This document shows positions 62,365 through 64,000 of a DNA stretch of 64,000 nucleotides, one piece after another (position 1 is the first letter of the stretch; each line of letters opens with the position of its first letter). Origin of the DNA: Rhizodiscina lignyota (taxonomy: Eukaryota); the NCBI GenBank assembly GCA_010015805.1, contig ML978133.1, forward strand, positions 372,001-436,000, in the 5' to 3' direction. A program made the translations under genes and the position numbers. The notes beneath the pieces were generated by a model, which was not told the origin of the DNA, did no database searches, and saw nothing but the letters and a program-made list of their open reading frames with translations.

Positions 62365-63051
62365 CTTGAATTACCTCATGGCCGAAAATTAAGAACAAGG
62401 CGGAGGTCCAAATATGCAATGGAACTTATTATATGATCATGACGTGAACAAATAGCACGTGCAGCTGGACCCTTGGATCATCCAGCCTGCCAGGATCCAG
62501 CGTCAAATTCGAAGTCTCCTTGACGTCTCCTTGTGTCCGTCTGACTATGAGTACAATGGTTGGAGCGATAGAGAGGAGGGATTCAACCTCCTGTCTCATG
62601 CTGTGGTAATGTTCGTGATAAGTTTTCTGCTGCTGGCATGTGTAGTTGAGCAGCAGTGCGGCTTGCGTCGGGAGCTCCTTCCAATTCTTTGCGCGTCGGA
62701 GGGAAGGCACGACGCAACGCGAAATGAGGTGCCGCTAGATTCACACGTCAACACATAAAATTGAGCTTAACATTCGATGACTCTCTTTTTCTCTCACCGG
62801 TTCATTCCGCCGCGCTTTCGCTCATATTCCGTTTGATCAAACCTCTTCCTTACAACCTCGTTTCTCGCTCTTCAAACCCACAACCGTCTCTCACGACGCG
62901 CTCTATCTGCACGTCTTCTCCTTCCAGCGGCCTCTTGAGTCCGTATCTCTTCATGACCGTTGTTTACTAGTGCACAACCTCTGTAGACTCTGTCAGAAGA
63001 TTAGGCCAATATTGTCTCAATATTGCGCGCAACTTCGTTCAGGTCTCCAAC

Positions 63052-64000
63052 ATGGCAACTAACTTCAACCCCTTCAGCGTCCTCGCTGAGTAAGTTTCTC
63101 TTATTTACTGAAAGCTATGAATATGGCTGACGTTTTATTCGCACAGGAATGAAGAAACGGGTAAGAACACGCATTCTCCGATTCCGCTGTCTCAATCCGA
63201 GTGCCACGCGACATTCTCGTAACAACTCAAAACCTGCAGACAGCGCATATGCCAGCGGCGGGACTCCAAGTGTTGGGATAAACGAAGATGCTTATGATCC
63301 TCTCCAATCAGATATGCAAAGCCACGATGGTGACGGCGATACTTTGGTCGTAGCCTCGCCGGATAGAAGCAGCCCAAAGAGGACAATGTCTAGCTTGGTA
63401 ACGCACAAACCGAAAGAGTCAAACCTGCAAATTAACCTTACAGCCTTGAAGACAACTCCAAGCCAAACCCCGCAGAAGTCTTTGCACAAGGCGCCTGCCT
63501 CATTTGCCTCATCGAAAGACGTAGCGAATGTGACCCCAGAGCAAATTACGAAGAAGACACCACCGTCGATCTCACAAACCCCAACTGTGAGACTGTCAGG
63601 AGTGACCAGCCCGAAGGATAAGGAACCCGGCCGACCATCTGCGGCGACCGACCAGCTTCCCATCACCACTCATCGCACAAATGTTATCCGAAATGCTTCA
63701 AAGCAGATGATGATTACTAAGGATGGTAGCCCGCAGAAAATTGTGAGCACTACTAGCGCTGCCTCGCAATCGAAGACGACTCCAAAAAAGACGGAGTCGA
63801 TTGCAGCGCCGAACCAAGCCAGTGCAACCACACATCCTAGCATAGTTCAAGAGAGAATCGTCCGTCCAGTACCCCCAACAGGTCCCAGGAATCCTCAATT
63901 TGCGCCACGAAGGCTCCCTGTCCAACGCTTTGCGAGCGACCGAAACCTGCCAGCTGTCATAGCATGGCGACAACGCCAGCCACCAGTCAAAGTCCATGAG
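63052..64000 (+). CDS. Unknown protein, 5' part (S/T/P/K-rich); introns 63090-63146 and 63161-63239; truncated by the window end
   Basis: caacATGG start, MATNFNPFSVLAE|NEETD|SAYASGGTPS...; the frame stays open from 63240 to 64000; canonical GTAAG..CAG introns. Confidence 0.7.

Noticed and set aside
62429..62758. Opposing ~95-aa ORFs in the divergent promoter of the CIA30-family gene and the last gene
   Set aside because: Non-ATG starts and no recognisable similarity.

Overview
This is eukaryotic, intron-containing DNA from a filamentous ascomycete (Pezizomycotina; Dothideomycetes is my guess from gene style). It holds about 25 protein-coding genes, most introns are short (45-110 nt), and I could not support any tRNA, rRNA, CRISPR array or intact transposon. 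The conserved genes are ERG8 (partial), a large PPR protein, MIX23/Cid2, DNA ligase I, a GNAT, a CorA-like protein, a branched-chain aminotransferase, SCY1, VMA13, a DHA1 MFS transporter, a GH17 glucanase, an HbxA/Htf1-type homeobox factor, a HAD phosphatase, NUG1, an SDR and a CIA30-family protein. An accessory-looking block at about 5.9-27.2 kb contains an orphan F-box-like gene, a decayed ~165-bp tandem array, an AsaB-type oxygenase, a GH16, an SDR, an Fe-type lipoxygenase, a PIR wall protein and a second F-box-like gene. The best leads are five. (1) The ligase locus appears to encode several N-termini, including one starting inside a TATA-containing intron with MQLRSG, which matches the LANA/IL-33 nucleosome-binding motif. 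(2) The orphan gene has a ~1-kb leader in which all six ATGs fall inside four predicted introns. (3) The 165-bp array has diverged mainly by transitions. (4) The oxygenase, SDR and lipoxygenase may form an oxylipin cluster. (5) There is a secreted His/Gly/Trp-rich protein. All family assignments come from motif recognition by eye; no database searches were run.
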